In this document: positions 63,629-64,000 of the stretch, piece by piece
Numbering within the stretch: position 1 is the first letter of the stretch
Layout of the letters: every line of letters starts with the position of its first letter
Source of the DNA: Thermodesulfobacteriota bacterium
Lineage (GTDB): Bacteria; Desulfobacterota; Desulfarculia; JACQYL01
NCBI GenBank assembly: GCA_963675595.2
Contig: CAXXLZ010000002.1
Coordinates: 3,040,001 to 3,104,000, forward strand
Length of the DNA: 64,000 bases
Direction of reading: 5' to 3'
Made by a program: the position numbers and the translations under genes
The notes under the pieces: generated by a model
What the model saw: only the letters and a program-made list of their open reading frames with translations
Databases searched by the model: none
Told to the model about the DNA's origin: nothing

Positions 63629-64000
63629 TCAGGATGTCAACGAGTTGAGTTTGGTCGAAGTTACATCCATGATGGTTCCGATGACTTTGAGCACTCGTTC
63701 GTCCTCCAACACGGCTTCGGCTCGTGTGCGAACACGTTTGGTCCGGCCCGAGAAATCCACGAAATCGCATTCAAGGTCATAAGGCTCGCCGACTTCGCAG
63801 CAGGCCTCAAACGCCTTTTGGACCCGTTCACGATCCCCGGGAACGTAACAATCCAGGCTGTGATCGATATGCTTCTTGGAACCCGGTTGAATCGCCAGGG
63901 GGTCCAGCCCGTGAATGCGATAGACTTCGTCGGACCAGTACATGGTGCTCGTTCCAATGGTCCATTCCCAGCCTCCGATGCGGGCCAGTCGCTGCGCGGT
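63629..64000 (-). CDS. PAS/PAC domain protein (C-terminal part; 5' end outside the window)
   Basis: QRLARIGGWEW...YWSDEVYRIHG...PGDRE...GTIMDVT. Confidence 0.75.
   Translation of the reverse strand, partial: TAQRLARIGGWEWTIGTSTMYWSDEVYRIHGLDPLAIQPGSKKHIDHSLDCYVPGDRERVQKAFEACCEVGEPYDLECDFVDFSGRTKRVRTRAEAVLEDERVLKVIGTIMDVTSTKLNSLTS

Overview
A GC-rich chromosomal window from an anaerobic Desulfobacterota (deltaproteobacterial-type) bacterium, most likely spanning the replication origin. The taxonomy is inferred from gene content. In order, the left part holds [NiFe]-hydrogenase maturation genes hypA-B-F-D-E (no hypC), a VWA-(TSP3)x20-OmpA envelope protein, a YprB-like exonuclease and a Wood-Ljungdahl CODH/ACS operon (cooC-acsD-cooS-acsB-acsC-acsE; cooS has a 1-nt frameshift). 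This operon diverges from dnaA-[oriC]-dnaN-gyrB-BON-gyrA-gpsA-glycogen-synthase-like-VWA/(TSP3)x2/OmpA. The middle holds a sigma54/two-component-controlled USP-TSUP-TIGR02186-PEP-utiliser-receiver-USP-USP module, small membrane and lipid genes, pal, a four-subunit 2-oxoacid:ferredoxin oxidoreductase with an ACT protein, and an M12 metalloprotease. The right part holds a ZBD-less ClpX-like ATPase coupled to ahbC-hemB-ahbD, exported proteins, tRNA-Gln(CTG) and a decayed island (integrase remnant, frameshifted IS701-like element, PAS fragment). Most notable: a DnaA lacking sensor-1/sensor-2 residues with an altered DNA-recognition helix beside an origin without canonical DnaA boxes; a long/short TSP3 'ruler' paralog pair; an AcsD with a long helical tail; the ClpX-like gene coupled to heme genes; and an unannotated 26-aa membrane peptide. 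All calls come from motif reading only; no database searches were run.
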